In this document: positions 40,204 through 55,500 of the stretch, piece by piece
Layout of the letters: the number at the start of each line of letters is the position of its first letter
How positions within the stretch are numbered: the first letter of the stretch is position 1
Assembly: GCA_951406725.2 (NCBI GenBank)
Contig: OX597825.1
Location: 3,472,001-3,536,000, forward strand
Reading direction: 5' to 3'
DNA from: Octopus vulgaris
Taxonomy: Eukaryota
DNA length: 64,000 nt
Translations under genes and position numbers: made by a program
Notes under the pieces: model-generated
Seen by the model: the letters and a program-made list of their open reading frames with translations, nothing else
What the model was told of the DNA's origin: nothing
Databases searched by the model: none

Positions 40204-41503
40204 CCTGATGAAGTAGCGGAGTGGAGATGATAACGATTAAGGGTGCTACTGCTTTTGAGAACGCTGGTGATAGAGGTAGTAGTAACAACAATATTAAACA
40301 ATAATAATGATTTCTTATGATAATAAAAGCAAAACTAATATTCATAAATGTACTAACATAAACATAACTGTGTATCTATTTATATGTTTGTATGTATACA
40401 CACACATATACACACAAACACACATATATATGTATGCATATATGAATATATATATATGCCTGTGTGTATGTATATATGAATACGTTATTATGTTCTTATG
40501 TGTGCGAATGCGTATAACTTTCAAGGAACGCAAATGCAATTAAAAGTTTGATTTTGTAAGACTTTTGACAACAAATATTTACGAAAGTTAAATAATAATA
40601 CAAAATATAATGAGGTGAAGAAAACATTGCCCCGACCGAAATAAGATTTTAGATACTCGCCAATTGTATATTTATCTACATATATAATAGGAAGCATATA
40701 TAAATACACACGCAAACACATATAGAGTGGAAGGTGTCTGTATGAGGCGTCTCTCCCAGTTTGTGTGTATATGCATTTACACACACATATATATGTATAT
40801 ACATATACATGGCAAAAATGTTATGTAGACATCTATGTGGCTATATCTGAGTTGTGTGGTGTGCTACTCTCTCTTTGCGTATGTGGGACATTACACGAAA
40901 TTTACCAAGGTAATTGATGCAGATGCAACTTCAATTAATATAAAATTATCCAGGCAACATAATGTGGAAGCTCAGTTATATAATGAACATGAAGCAATGG
41001 TGACACCTGCATCATGATGCAGTAGCGCACAAGTGATCATTGAGCTGACATTTTGTGTCTCAATAACGAAACTATTGCGTATGCGTTTGACAACTGATTA
41101 GGCAATCCCCAAATGCCCTGACCAATAGTTATGCAACAATACACTGCTAAGTCATATGCACTGTAATTCGTCAGATTGGGCAAACGTTATAAAGCTTTTC
41201 AGCTGCGTCAATGGAACAAATCTCTCACGCTACGGCGCCGAACCTTATGACTAGCGGCATTTCTTCCAACATTCCGTTCTAAGAACAAATAAATATTCAG
41301 GGTTGGATTTTTTGTTTCATTCTTTAGAGGTCGATGAACTCAGTAGTAGTCTAGCGCAAAATCTAAAACCAATGTTAGATAGATATGACAAAATAAAGCA
41401 TTTCATTCGTATTTGTAGACATACAGAAATATACTGCGATGAATTCTATATTGATCCCGTTGCAAGTACACACACACACACGCACTCACATCTATCTAAC
41501 CAT

Positions 41504-41577
<74 letters not shown>

Positions 41578-42106
41578 ATTTATATGGATTTATACTTGTC
41601 TGTTATCTCTGTATTTATAATACAGATGAATGATTATGTGTGCTTAAAAAACGGGATGCTGTAAGAACACCACACTTCAAAGTCTCTCGGCAAGGAGTGA
41701 TTCGAGGCCAAACGTTCTGAGTTGTTTTACAGGGCCTAGAGAAAGAGACGGACCACTGCGATAATGGACCTGGGAATGTGACAGGGAAATATGTCGAATA
41801 AAATCATACTTATCTAATCCTTGTTTCTGTTCTTTCGCCAAATCAGGAAGATTTCAGTCTTGTCTCATATAATATTTACACTCACAATATTAAACAATAA
41901 TAATGATTTGTTATGATAATAAAAGCAAAACTAATATTCATAAATGTACTTACATAAACATAACTGTGTATCTATTTATATGTTTGTATGTATACACACT
42001 CACACACACACACACACATATATACAAAATACATACATATATATTTATATATAAATATGTATATATATTATATAACATTTCTATATGATATAAATCTATT
42101 TAACAT

Positions 42107-42156
<50 letters not shown>

Positions 42157-42191
42157 ACACATATGCATACATATATTTATATATATATATA

Positions 42192-42242
<51 letters not shown>

Positions 42243-43360
42243 TATAAACACATATGCTTACTTTCAAGATAGGTATTCATCGGTCTGGTATTTCAGTTCG
42301 TATAAACATTATAAATCCCTTTTCTTTCTTTCTCAGCGGCACTAGCTAGATTTTCTGCAATAAGTTAGTCTATTTAATTTTGATCAGTTTTACTTAATTC
42401 GCAGCTTAAAAATAACGTCAATATTGGTTAAATGTTCGAGTAATAAAGATGGTATCGAAGTTACAGAAATCCTTCACTTATATTTACGTACAATCTTCAA
42501 CTGACACGCGTATGAATTTAGACACTTGATTTTCTAGCTGTGTTGAATTTTACTTTGGCACATTTCGTCCGGCGTTTGATTCAACGGCACATCATATCCA
42601 AATGATAAATTACGGCTTATAAAATAAGTATAATTCTAAGTCCATTTCCTTGAAGCGAAATTAAAGAAATGGTTATGATATTAGATATGACAATTTTTTT
42701 TTTCTTTTTATGAATAAAAAAAAAAATTCCTGCAACTCTCACTTTGTGTCAATGGTTAGTAAACCGCTAATAAAAAACATTTTGTTTAAGTAATCATAAT
42801 TCAGTAACGGCATGTGATAGAAAATGTGGTGAATATACGGTGATTTATTGCTAAATTTAAACGAAGAATCACTTAAAGTTACCTTCTTCATCACGATTGA
42901 ATGAAAGCAGATGTCATTTCTATGATATAATCTCTACTTTAATCAAATGCAACCTTGATAGTCACTTGCTTATTAAGTAGAGTTATAGATTACAATCCAA
43001 CTTATTCTTGTCATCGTTAATCAAATATGACCATATAATTATTTTATTTCAATAAATATTGTCACTTTCAGTTTTATAGACTGATTGAATAATGGAACTA
43101 AATAATGTCTACATTACCATCACATATATATATGTATATTTATATATTTTATACGATTGAATATGTAGTGTTTTCTGAAGGATTGTTAAATCAACTTTAA
43201 CACTTTGACCAATACATTTATTATTAACTACGCCGGAACTATGCAATGCAAAAGTGAAATCTACGTTACTTAAACTGAAGTGTACATACCTATATTCCTC
43301 AATAGATACAACCAAACCAATTAATATATGAGATATTGCATTTATTAGGCAATCATTAAT

Positions 43361-43600
43361 ATGATATCATATTCGTACCAGTATGAATACTTACGCTTAG
43401 ATGAAACTGAAATTCACGAATTCCAGAGAGTACTAATATCAGACTTGTGTCATTGGTTTGAAGAAATGTGCAAATATAATATGATATCACCTTCGTATCA
43501 GTATGAATACTTACGCTTAGATGAAACTGAAATTCACGAATTCCAGAGAGTACTAATATCAGAATTATGTCATTGGTTTGAAGAAATGTGCAAATATAAT
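43361..43600. repeat. Tandem duplication, 2 x 120 bp
   Basis: atgatatca...gtgcaaatataat occurs at 43361-43480 and 43481-43600 with about 5 mismatches. Confidence 0.95.
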
Positions 43601-44005
43601 TTTACCATTAATTAACAAAAATCTTATGGAGTTTTGAATATTTTCCAGATCATATGTGTACGATCCTCACTTTCTTTTGTCTCTGACATTTGCATCGTCA
43701 ATAGTTTCTCTATGAATCTTTAATATGGGGACCAGTGTTTATGACCCCTTTGCAAAAGAATGACTATTTTATTTCTTTGATGAAGTATTAAAAGTTTTGA
43801 ATCTTGCTAGAGCGTAAACTAAATTAGATATTCCACTTAAACATTAGAGAGGATTTCTTCACAGATCTGAATAATAACTAAATGGCAGCTTAAATTTGGT
43901 TTGTATATCAGGCAATGCATCAAGTGAATATTCTTGACAGACATTCATCTATTTTAAGTAACGTTGTGAACGAATAAATGCCGTTTCTATATAAAAATGC
44001 TAAAA

Positions 44006-44240
44006 GGCGATGAGCTGGCAGAAAAGTTAGCACACCGGGCGAAATATTTAGCTATATTTCGTCTGCCGTTACGTTCCGAGTTCAAATTCCGCCGAGGTCG
44101 ACTTTGCTTTTCATCTTTTCGGGGTCGATAAATTAAGTACCAGTTACGCACTGGGGTCGATGTAATCGACTTAATCCGTTTGATTGTCTTTGTTTATCCC
44201 CTGTGTGTTTAGCCCCTTGTGGGTAGTAAAGGAATAGGTA
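44006..44240 (+). mobile_element. Full-length OK-like tRNA-derived SINE
   Basis: ggcgatgagctggcagaaaagttagcacaccgggcgaaat...gagttcaaattccgccgaggtcgactttgcttttcatcttttcggggtcgataaattaagtaccag. Multiple copies occur in this window. Confidence 0.9.
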
Positions 44241-44449
44241 TTTAGAGGTCATGTCTAATTTGTCCATAATGAATTTGTCTACTGTATATACTATTCTACT
44301 TTAGCTATATTGGTACTTCTATGTCAATGTTTCTTTTGAAAAAAATGTCATGTTTCCTTTTTTAAATATAAAGTTACTTTAAATTTAAAATGAATCACAT
44401 TTAATATTCACATTTTATCCTTAGCTGCTTCGTTTTAAGTAAAATGTTT

Positions 44450-44532
44450 CTTGTTCTGTACTTTACCAGATGTAATAACTTGTCTTGAACTTTTCCAAGT
44501 GTAACAACTTGTCCTGTACTTTTCCAGGTTTA
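44450..44532. repeat. 29-bp minisatellite, ~2.8 copies
   Basis: Units of about cttgtyytgwactttwccarrtgtaayaa start at 44450, 44479 and 44508. Confidence 0.8.
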
Positions 44533-47500
44533 TAATCTTAAGAATATTATTTCTCTTGGACTCATTTTTCCATGTAAATCATGTATTTTCTCCATGCCAC
44601 GCTATTATGATAATTATTAATGTGTCGACTGTGTCAATTAGAATTGTTGTTGATAATTCTTTTCCGTACCTCAATGATGCCGGTGACATATATTAAAACT
44701 CCCATAGAACTATATTCATAAATAAATATGGAACTATATTTTCACCCTCAAAGATTCAGAAACAAAACTAATAACTTTTGCTCTTTTAAAACGTCATTGC
44801 ATGAAATTGATACCATGAAATTCCTCGAATTCAGTTCTATCATTTATGCTTAATTAAAATGTAGTTTATTTTAAAAATAAATAAAATAATTATACTTAAA
44901 TCTAATTTTTTGCCTTATATTTCCTTCATGATATATTACTCACAACTGTTTTTTATACAAATGTTTGCGGCATGGAACGAAAACTATAAAATGCTTCACG
45001 CTGTCTTCTCTCATTGAAACTAAGATAGATTTATTTTCTTTTAAAATAAAAGAAGTCATGCAGATTTGATTTTTGGCGTTATTTACTCTCTTATGACCTT
45101 GTTACAAATGTTCATGTAAACCTTTTTTCTACGGGACAAATCTCAAAATTTTGTGCCAAATTGTAGGTACAGAACAGGCCTCTTCGAAACAGCTAACACT
45201 TATCAGTTTGATTAAGAACTTAATTAGCGACAAACTCTGAAAGACGCTGCGTGTGGACTTAAGAATATTATTCAACTACTGCAGTAGTTGAATGATTCTG
45301 TATGTACTTGAAATTTTAAGAGTGAGATTAGATGAGGATTTATGTACTATTTCTAGCATTTTCAGCGATCATGAAAGGGGATCTTTCAGCCTATATATAA
45401 AGGAAATTCGATGTGTAGCGATTATTCATAACATTGATATTTGTAAGCAGACACAAATGTTCTCGCTGAAGAAGACAAATTTATTTCTATAAACCCTTGA
45501 TAGGAGAGACGAGGCTTTTACGTAGTGGCTTGATATGCAAGAAACCTCAGCCAAACGTCCGTGACGGAATGTTCGCTTTTTTTAAATATTGAGAAATGAT
45601 GAGAACAGTAACAGAACAGAACTAAAAAGTGCATAGGAAAGCAAATAGAACCAAAACAATCCTCAGAATTGACTTCAATAATCGATAGATGTAATTACAG
45701 TAAAAATGTTATATGCATGAATATTGAAGAAAAGCAGGAAAATGATGAATGTTTTAACATTATTATGAGAATAAATTTAAAATGATAAAATTCAAAATAA
45801 TAATTTCTCTGCTGTGTTCTATATACGATGTAAATTAGAGCTAACGTCGTTAAACTTTATATTCAACACTTGGATTACGGCTTGCTGATCGCAAAGATAT
45901 AAAACGTAAATCTCATAATAGGTTGATGCCTGAAATAATATCAAATTTCAAATTCTGTTTAATTCATAAGAGACGATGTGGCGTGTATGCATATTAGTTC
46001 TGGAGTGTAACGCTCAGGAATACAGTGCAGTAGAACTGATTCTGTAACGAATATTTGAAGAGAATTTCAATGCTGTGAAATACACATTTCTTAAATTGTG
46101 TTACATAGATATATGGATACGTACTCATTTGTATAAAAGATATAATCACATGCTGAAATGACTCCTCCCCACATATAATTCGCAATTATGCATTCCCGAT
46201 TACAAAATAACATGTGTATTGTTGTGTTAATTATGCTGTATACGAAACATAATTTACTATATATGAAAGCATAAATGCTGTTTAATATTCCTTTCTACTA
46301 AAATCACAAGTTTCGTGGTGAGGAGACTAATCAATTATATTGACCTTGTTGTGATGTTAAAGAGAGAGGGACCAATTGGCGGAATAGTGTTATGTTATCC
46401 GTGTATGATTTATGTTGAGGGCAGACAGCACGGGCTCCATGTCTTGGGTCTACCTGAAAGGGGATGCCAACATCATTTGGGCAATGTTAATGTGTTAATG
46501 GAATATTTTCTACATCATTCAGATGATGTAGCGCTCGCGGCGGCGTAGGAGATAATAAAGCTTGCGCTGTTTAGTCCACACCAACAGTCAAGGCCTATCA
46601 TGCCATCTATATTTTTTATATTATATCTGCTGCCCAACTGTAAAATTCAATAATAACATATGTATAAACTCGTAAAATATGTAAGCAAGCATGTCCGTTC
46701 TATTGATCCACACAATTTACTGGCATTTAGTTCTCTATAATCTATATATATATATGAACCATAAATGCAATATGTGATATGCAAATCTACACGAAACTTA
46801 TATAATTTATTAGACGAACGTTCAATTGCAAAATATCGTACGTAAACATTACATCTTGTATGTTTTTTTCAGAGGCAAAATCTTATCCTATGGTGTGCCA
46901 TTATCTCGACACTTCTGTTATACATATTTTCTGTTACTGCATTAATATATGATCCTGTCTCAGTACATGCTGAATTGAAAGAATCAAGATTATGCATGGC
47001 AAGTGCGATACTCGATTTACTTGGAATTTTATCGCAAATTTTGCTTTATGAAGCCATGTTTTGAAATATTCAGAGTCTACTACTTGCAAGTATTTATTGA
47101 AGATCACCACAATAGGTAAAACATATTGATTGGTGGGTCATGTAAATATGTTTGGACATCTCTCCGTCCTCTTCCACCGTCAATTTATAGAATATATCAG
47201 CTGTGTTTATTTTAAAATATTCAGTTGTTCTCTATTGTGCTCGTGATGTTTTCCATTTAAATTACCATTCTCGGAGTTCACTATTGTCTTCATCGATGGA
47301 TAATTAGTGATATATATAATAAATAGAATTTCGTATAAAAATTGCGATATGTTTGGATTTTAGGTGTATGCACATATTTGTGTTTTATTTATGACTAATT
47401 CTTTGAAAAACTAAAATTAAAATATAGATCTGAAAGGGAAAAAAAGGAAGCAAGATGAAAGATCATTGAATTTATTCTTTTAACATTCTATATTGTATAG

Positions 47501-50500
47501 TGAAAAACTATAGAATTTCATTTGTCTCTCCCTCGTATATTCTTTCAATTTTCCTATTGTCTCGTCCATACAAATCAATTCAACTTCATGTTGTTTTTAA
47601 TTCCAATGTGCCATATTTTCTTCTGCTACAAATTCAATTGACGCTATGTCCACGCACTTAATGTTTATTAAATGATATTTTTTCTTTCCTTTGAAATATA
47701 AATTACTGTTATTTTACAATATTTCAAGTATCTAATTCACAAAACGTATTTCCAATATATTTTCCCAGAAATTTGCATTTGGTTTTCGCGCACTCATATC
47801 TATCATTTGTTGCACACACCTAACATCAGAATAATGAAAACAATTCATGAAAACTACATTCTGAAAGCGTGATTTCTGGACAAAATCTAATCAACCTCAT
47901 TTTATACGATGAAACAATGCATTTTACCTACTGGGGTCGATTTAAAAATGTGGGGCCTTGAGCCTACTCTAGAAAAGAATATTATTTGTACTGGATGCTT
48001 TCTTTTAAAAGTATGATACATATTCAGGAACAAAGGAGACTTTTTTGGTGGACGCATATTTGTATTTGTATTATTGTCTCATTTCCAATAGTGTATTGAA
48101 TTTTCTTAAAGAAGTCGTAGTATTAAATATTTGGAACTATCTTGTTATCGCTGTTTCAATACAACAAATAGTTGGCTTATACACACATTCACACTTATAC
48201 ATCGTTATAGTTGGTGTTCTCTCAATTTAGCTCAGAGAAAATCTCTTTTTTTCTAATTCTATTTCAGCGGTATGGCATTTCTCTTGTCCTAAGATTAGGA
48301 AAAGAACACTCATCGCTTCAGATCTGATAGAAATTATTGAATTAACTCCAGGAAACACCTGATAACTAATTTAATAGAATCAAAAATTTGAACTGAGAAA
48401 GCAGATAAGTAGCAAGGGCGCAGGCAAGGTGATGTTGTTAAGTTAAGCTTGTGGTCTAATTCTAATTGGGTGTAGCTTAGGAAGATTTCTTCTGCCATAT
48501 ATATATATTTGTATGTGTGTGTGCGTGCGCGCGCGCGTAATGTTCATGTGCGTGTGTGCACAGATTTAATGAGTAATATTAGAAAGATAAAGATAAAAGA
48601 AGTGCTTTGCGAGCAACTTATGCCGATGAATTCTTTCCAATTTAAATCACACACAATGTATTTAACTCTATCAGAGTTTGCAGCGTAGAATGCATATGAC
48701 AGGCTACTTGAGACATGTCTATATCTCAGGCCTATTGATAGACAATACAAACTGAAAACGGTGTGTGAAACATAGCAGCCATACTTCAGCAGCCTAACTT
48801 TCTGGCTAATCTAAAAACTACCATTAAACTCCCTTGAAATTTCCAGAATAATAATTTATTTTCCGGGAAGTAAAATCTGCTTAGAATATTTATTTGCTTA
48901 TCATGATACGTCACCAAAAGTTAAGCTCTCAGCACTGTCAGTTATAGCTAGAAATCCATGATATATTGGAAATTAATGACCTCAACTGCTGGGTTGATAG
49001 TATTATATATTATATTGCAGTAATGAATCCCCATAAACGTATACAAATTTATGAATCAAAATAGAATTAAGAATATTCATAAATAGAATTTTGGCAGATT
49101 TCTTCTTATAGTGCGTGTGAAGACAACTCGGAAAATACAATACGATGTGTTTAACCCCCGTTTGTTCTTTCACCGCCATCGCAATTTCTTTGAATCCGTA
49201 AGGTCCACTATGTGCATATTTCGAAATATTGCAGTTATTACAAGCCAGGTATTTCTGTTTATCGAATTTCCGTTCACAATTGTTTGTTCAACCACTAAAT
49301 ATGGCAGTAGACGCAAATTAGCCTTCCAATTAGCGGGTTAGAAATTAAAAAAACAAACATTTCAAAAAGCATTTCTTAACCCCAATCAATAGTATTGAAG
49401 GTACAGAAGATGATATACCCAAGTTACTTTTGTGCTAACTTTGTTGTTTAGGTTTAATGTTTTTTGTAGTTTTACGCCTTCTGAGGTGTTGATCCAATCG
49501 ATCTTAAGACACCAACTGTGGAGTTTTTATTACGCTTTGAAATTATATATTAATTACAAACTTAATGTCTTTATTATTCCTCTCTGTAGTAAGATGTTAT
49601 ATAAGTTGCTTGACGACGCTACTTATTGCAATTATAATAAGCACGGCAAATACTTCTCGTTGATATACTGATAAACGTTTGAAGAATACTCAGTGCGTAA
49701 ACGATCGTCTAACTAACCCCGTGGACAAAAATTATTAATCACTCTATTGAAGCACTATTATAAGAATCGCGATCGAGTCAATGTTAAAAATGTCTACTTG
49801 TAAGACAATATATTGTTTTTAGTAACAGTGTTAAATTATTTGCTTGTTTCTCTACTAATATTAATTACATTTTTCTCACTAAATGTTGACTTTATCTGTC
49901 TCTTCCATATATTCTTTCCACTATTTTTCATCACCTTATCTTATTCCTGATTTTTATCAACGTCCTCTAAGTGAGTAAGTTATTTTCGTTGCCATGCCCG
50001 AATATATTTTCGACGCTGCCAAGTAGATAAATGCACGAGGGTGAAAAATAATATACAGACGACCAGTGTATTTTGATGAAGGAAACTAACACGCAGAAAG
50101 ATAAGTAAGCAACAAAATTGATTCAATATTTTTTGAAAAATAACAATTGAGGAATAAAGAGTAGCATTTCTGTATTACTTTTATCAAATCAATTTTCACC
50201 AGCGTTAAATGTGTGCATACGGATTATATGTTTGTTGGTTTCGTTTACACGCTTAACTGGTAATGGGTAAGCTTCAGAGCAACGAATTGTGCGTCTTTGC
50301 AAATCATATTGTCAAGGTACGCACTCACATTTAGGAATATCGGAGCACATAGAATTTTGTCTAAGTATATTAGTCTGTGTTTGCGTCTATACATAAGTGA
50401 TTCATAGGCCATATATAAAGAGATATACATAAAACACATACACATACATAAATACATACATACACATATATATGTATATACGTATGCATTATATATGAAA

Positions 50501-51592
50501 ATATATATATTTATATATAATGCATACTGATAAATGCGTATGTGTATGCGTGAACGTTTGATTATATTGTCCTAATGTGTCAGCGTTTATGTACTTAGTT
50601 TCCCTTAGTTTCATGTTTTAATGTATTTTTAATGCATTGATGCAATATTTTGCATGTACATCATTACATCTAGAAGCTATGCTCCGATTACGTATATAGA
50701 TATTTCTGTCAATGCATTCATTTTTAAGGTGCAGAGTTATATCACATAATTAGTTTTCTTGCATATATAGAATATTGTACAAAATAGCTATAATGTGCAA
50801 TATTTTCGTCAACTCTATTTCTGCGAGCTAACTTCCAATGTTAGTTTTGTATTTTATTTCCTATCAACATTTATAAATTGGTTTCAAATTTCAGCACTTA
50901 ATGATATGAACGCAAACATTATTTTCACTATACTCTGCACCAAAAAGCTGGGATCACGCAAACATATAATTTGACAATTTTGTATCTAATGCAATTATAT
51001 TTTCTTGGATTGTTCATTGATTTTCGTGGATTCTTTTTGGTATCAGGAATTTTTCACAATATAATGACACCCAGCACACCGCAAATGTCTTCCGTATCAC
51101 TCTTTTTCCTCGCCTTCGTATCTCTTCTTCTTTTATCAGTTTTAACTCATTCTACTTAATTTTCTTATCCTCCATTTTGTTATGACTATCTTCTTCTTAT
51201 GATCATTTAATTCAGAAAGTCGTCTGTCCTTATTTTTTTCAATGTTCTCGTTGTTGATTGTTATTTCTCTTGTTATTCCAATCGGTCTTGCATACGTTTC
51301 ATTCTTTCGCATTTTGCTTTTGGAACAGATTGGTTTATTCCCTTACATTTCTGCATAATGCGCTTTTTACATTTCACTTTCCAACCGGGCCTCGCTGCGT
51401 ATAACATAAATGCATCAGCTCTTCTTTAGAGGAAGTATACAATGTGTTTTTTTCACCTTTCATAGTTGTCACCTGAATCATAAATGAAAAACATGATATA
51501 TTTTTTTTTCAGTTTTCTAGTTTTTAAATATATATTACGTGTTTCTATCCTATTCCAATTAAGTTCCTAAAAAAATGTTTTTGTGTCCCAAC

Positions 51593-51689
51593 TTTTTTGA
51601 CACTAGTGACTTCCAAAGCTACTTCGACCATATGTTCATGACTTTCAAACAATAGCTGTGTTAACATCGCAGGCGAATATAAGGATCTC
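51593..51689 (-). CDS. Candidate exon RSLYSPAMLTQLLFESHEHMVEVALEVTSVKK (3' boundary uncertain)
   Basis: Acceptor gatgcattacAG. The phase-2 start matches exon 52130-52176 (LDF-L-RSLY). Several donors are possible; AAA|GTTGGG was used. Confidence 0.5.
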
Positions 51690-52129
51690 CTGTAATGCAT
51701 CAATTAGATTTTTTTGCTTAACAGAAGACTTTCATTCAAGACAACTTTATATTCAAATTGACCTCATATTTTATTACAAATTTGCTGCATGTTACAGAAG
51801 GGAATTATACATGAGTTACAGTCATATTTGTTATACATTTTCAGTATATGATACATGCTAAGAATATATGGTCCTATATTGAATTAAGATGTGTTATTTA
51901 AATCAAGTCTATTTCTATATAAACTGCATAGCTTGCCACATAACCTTTTTCATTTCTGCACATTTTCATCTATAGCCATTGCTGAATGCTTAAACACATA
52001 AATATTCCTTGTTTAATCGTTCGGTTCTCATAGTCTAAAATAATTTTACCTATTATCCAATATCTACCGGCTGTTTAATTTCTAAATTGCGATGCTGAGA
52101 AGGGAGAGGCTAGTGCTCAACATCATTAC

Positions 52130-52176
52130 AAAAAGTCCAAGTATAGTGGTAGGCAATCTTCATTAAACAGAAATGC
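52130..52176 (-). CDS. Candidate exon AFLFNEDCLPLYLDF(L)
   Basis: Acceptor gtatctttcAG and donor TT|GTAATG. 47 nt, phase 0 to 2, linking exon 56574-56695 to exon 51593-51689 in frame. Confidence 0.55.
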
Positions 52177-52506
52177 CTGAAAGATACATGTGAAAACATG
52201 GACTCTACAAAATCCAACAAGGTAGCGACGTGTAATATTAAATGACGCCAAGAATTAAGTCTAATCTCAAAGTCTACGAAAGAGAAAATTGAATACACAA
52301 GGAAAAAGAATCATGTTATCCTGCCCGAAGTTAATGCGCTGGCGCCAATCCATATAAAGTTATACTAATTGTAACAATATTCATAATTTATAGAGATATG
52401 CCTTTACAAAGTGCTCCATCGAATTGATTTATACTGCGTAACATTGGTAAGAAAGTTCATTTATTGTGAACTGTACACATAGGGCATTCATATTTCCTTA
52501 TCATAT

Positions 52507-52566
<60 letters not shown>

Positions 52567-55500
52567 TATATAGACAGATAGATACATAGATAGAAAGATA
52601 GATATAGAGCCACATCAAACCTAGTCGAGTTAGCAAACTTAAATAATTTTTCACATCCCTTCCTTATATTGAATATTCGGGCAGAGATACATTAATCTGC
52701 AAACAAACAGAAATGCAGATCGTAATTCACATTTCATCCGTAATTTCCTTGAAAGTTTTAAGTTTGAAATATTGTATTTGTTTCAGATCATTAACGTAAA
52801 ATCAATTTCTCCTGGTACAATTTTATATCATTTACATATTTTAATTAAGCGATATCTTTCAATGTTATTGTATTTTTGTAGTTAATCGTGATCAAAGATA
52901 GAACAATTATCAAATAGGTGGTTTTGAGGAAGAAGAACAGAAGAAGGAGGAGGAGGAGGAGGAGAAGAAGAAGAAGAAGAAGAAGAAGAAGAAGAAGAAA
53001 AAGAAGAAGAAGAAGAAGAAGAAGAAAACGACGGCTTTGTGATTGTGATGGTGCTGTGGAGATGCGTAAGGAATATAGTTGTAGTTAAGCTATATTTAAA
53101 CATTTCCACAATATTAACCTAGGTTTGAATAACTTTAATGCTACAAAGTTGTTTAGAATCCAATTTTGGTAAAATTTCCATAATGATGATGATGACGAAA
53201 ATAACACCGATTATTATATGGTCGTGAAAAAACTCATATTCCCGAAATTTGTTCATAATCTCATTTATATATTCAATTATCTGCTTCCATTTATTCATTA
53301 TTTATCCCTCATTCAAGTTATAAAAGTTTATTTTTTTTTATTCATTAAACCAAATACTCATTAACCTCATTTTTCATTAAATTGAATTTACACAGTTATT
53401 CTCAATCAATCGTCTCAATTACTCTGACTGGTTGTCACTGATGATGATGGGGAGGAACAGTTACCATGATGTCGATGAAGATGAGAAAAAGGATGGAGAT
53501 AATGACAAACAAAATGAAGCTGATGAGTCTAGTAATAATTATAAGCAAATTAAGAACATTTTCTTCGTTCATTAATTTATTTATTTATCAACTGGCAATT
53601 ATTCATTTCTTATTTTATAAAAACGTCAACATAAAATGTTTTATAGTTTTCTAGAGCTTTCTTTCCTACACCTTTTACACCCACTCTATCCTGTCAAATT
53701 TTCAGCAGTTTTGTATTTGTCATCATTCACTGACAGACGCAACTACAATTCTATGTTTAGTAGCAGTCGAAACCGTTCTCTGTTGACGCTTTCTTTATTC
53801 CTCCTTCTGTATGGAAACGATTATCAGTAAATATTCTTCGCTAATACTATTCAATTTTGCTTACGTCAGCTTTATCTATTTCATCAAATAGCTATTCATT
53901 ACGTACTGACCAACGGATTCATAGGCCACCACTATAATTAACTACTGCATATCTACATAATACCCTGCACTTGTTGCTTCAAGTGTACCCATTTCTAAGA
54001 AATCATTCATCTATCTAAATACAATTGTGTTATTAATAGATCCATCCATCCTACTTTAAGTATTGAGTGCGTTGACGTCACACGTGTTGTTCCACTTAAA
54101 AATAAAAATAATAAGTTATATATATATATGTAAGCCGATCTTTTAAAATGTTCTCCTTCATCTTTGGGTTTATGAAATTTTCACTTGATCATTTCCGAAA
54201 AGATTTGGTTCTGATGTAGTTTTGCATGTTGAAAAAGAAAAAAAAAAATGCATTCATTTTATTTATTTTTTTTTATTACAAAGAAGATATTGCAATCATT
54301 TAATATTTGGTATCTTCAACGAATCGGTCGGCTCCGAACGGAAATTGCAACTTTTTCACTTTATGAGAACAATACACACGAATCTTTACATGATTTCTCA
54401 ACTAGAAAGAAATAGCAGCCAAATCTTTCTTAAATTACATCGTAACGTCTAAATAAACGGTAAACGGTGCCACATCATCGTATAATTCCTCTCTTGGACA
54501 AGCTCAATAAGCATTATCAATCAGATTTAAATTGGATCCTATGTCTATGGCTGCAAAATTTTATCAAACTGACGTAACTTTAAAACAATGACTGAGCCAT
54601 GCACACCGCCATGGAAAGTAATTTTTTCTTTTAGGATATATTATAAATTTTAAGAAAAAAATTAGCGGTTGTGGCGGAGAAAGTATTCTTTACTAATTTT
54701 GTAAATGTATCACGTGCTACTGCTCCTGCTGATGATGACGACAATGGTAATGGTGTTGTGAGGGTGACGATTCTAAGGATAAAGGGGAAATGATAACAGT
54801 GCCTGAGCCTTGTTACGTATTACCACAACATTAACGTAGTTTTTATTAAGGCATATTCTACACTGCATATATGCATGTACATATATATTTTCATGCGTAT
54901 ATACTGTAGCACTTGCACACTCACACACACACTCACACACACACGTAAACACACACATACACACATACACACATACACACACACACACTCATACACACAC
55001 ACATGTACATTTCTTTCTACAAACATGACAACGCGTAACAGACATTACAGAACTCGTTCAGTTAAAGCTGATCAATAATAGGGATATATCGGGAGAATGA
55101 TTGGGAAGAAACGAATATGATGACAACGAATGGTAACTCTAACAATGCCATAGCGAGGGACAAAGATTTGTCTGATACTGTAAGAATTTTGTAAGACAAC
55201 AAGAAAACATTGATGCAACCACAACTTTTCTTAATATGCAACTGGTCGTTATTGGTTAAAGGACACTCAAAAGATAGCAGTGAAACGAATCTATATGAAT
55301 GGCAGCAGATTTAATGCAAATGAATACTTCATTTATAAGTCAGACTACCTGGTTGGAAAGAAAAACTGCGTAGTTTAACTAAATACCTCAGCTTAGTAGA
55401 ATTTCTAATGTAGATATCATAATTCACCCAGTTCTTCACGCTACTTCATGTATGAACCCAGTGGCATAATTTGTAAGTTTAATCTATCCGTACTTTTTAC

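Noticed and set aside
41678-50345. Several weak exon candidates (~41.7, 42.9, 44.7, 49.2 and 50.3 kb minus; 46.9 and 49.1 kb plus)
   Set aside because: Each has plausible AG/GT ends, but I could not find a unique phase-consistent chain or a recognisable motif.
54073-54086. Adjacent CRE and E-box, TGACGTCA-CACGTG
   Set aside because: An isolated motif pair with no other promoter evidence.
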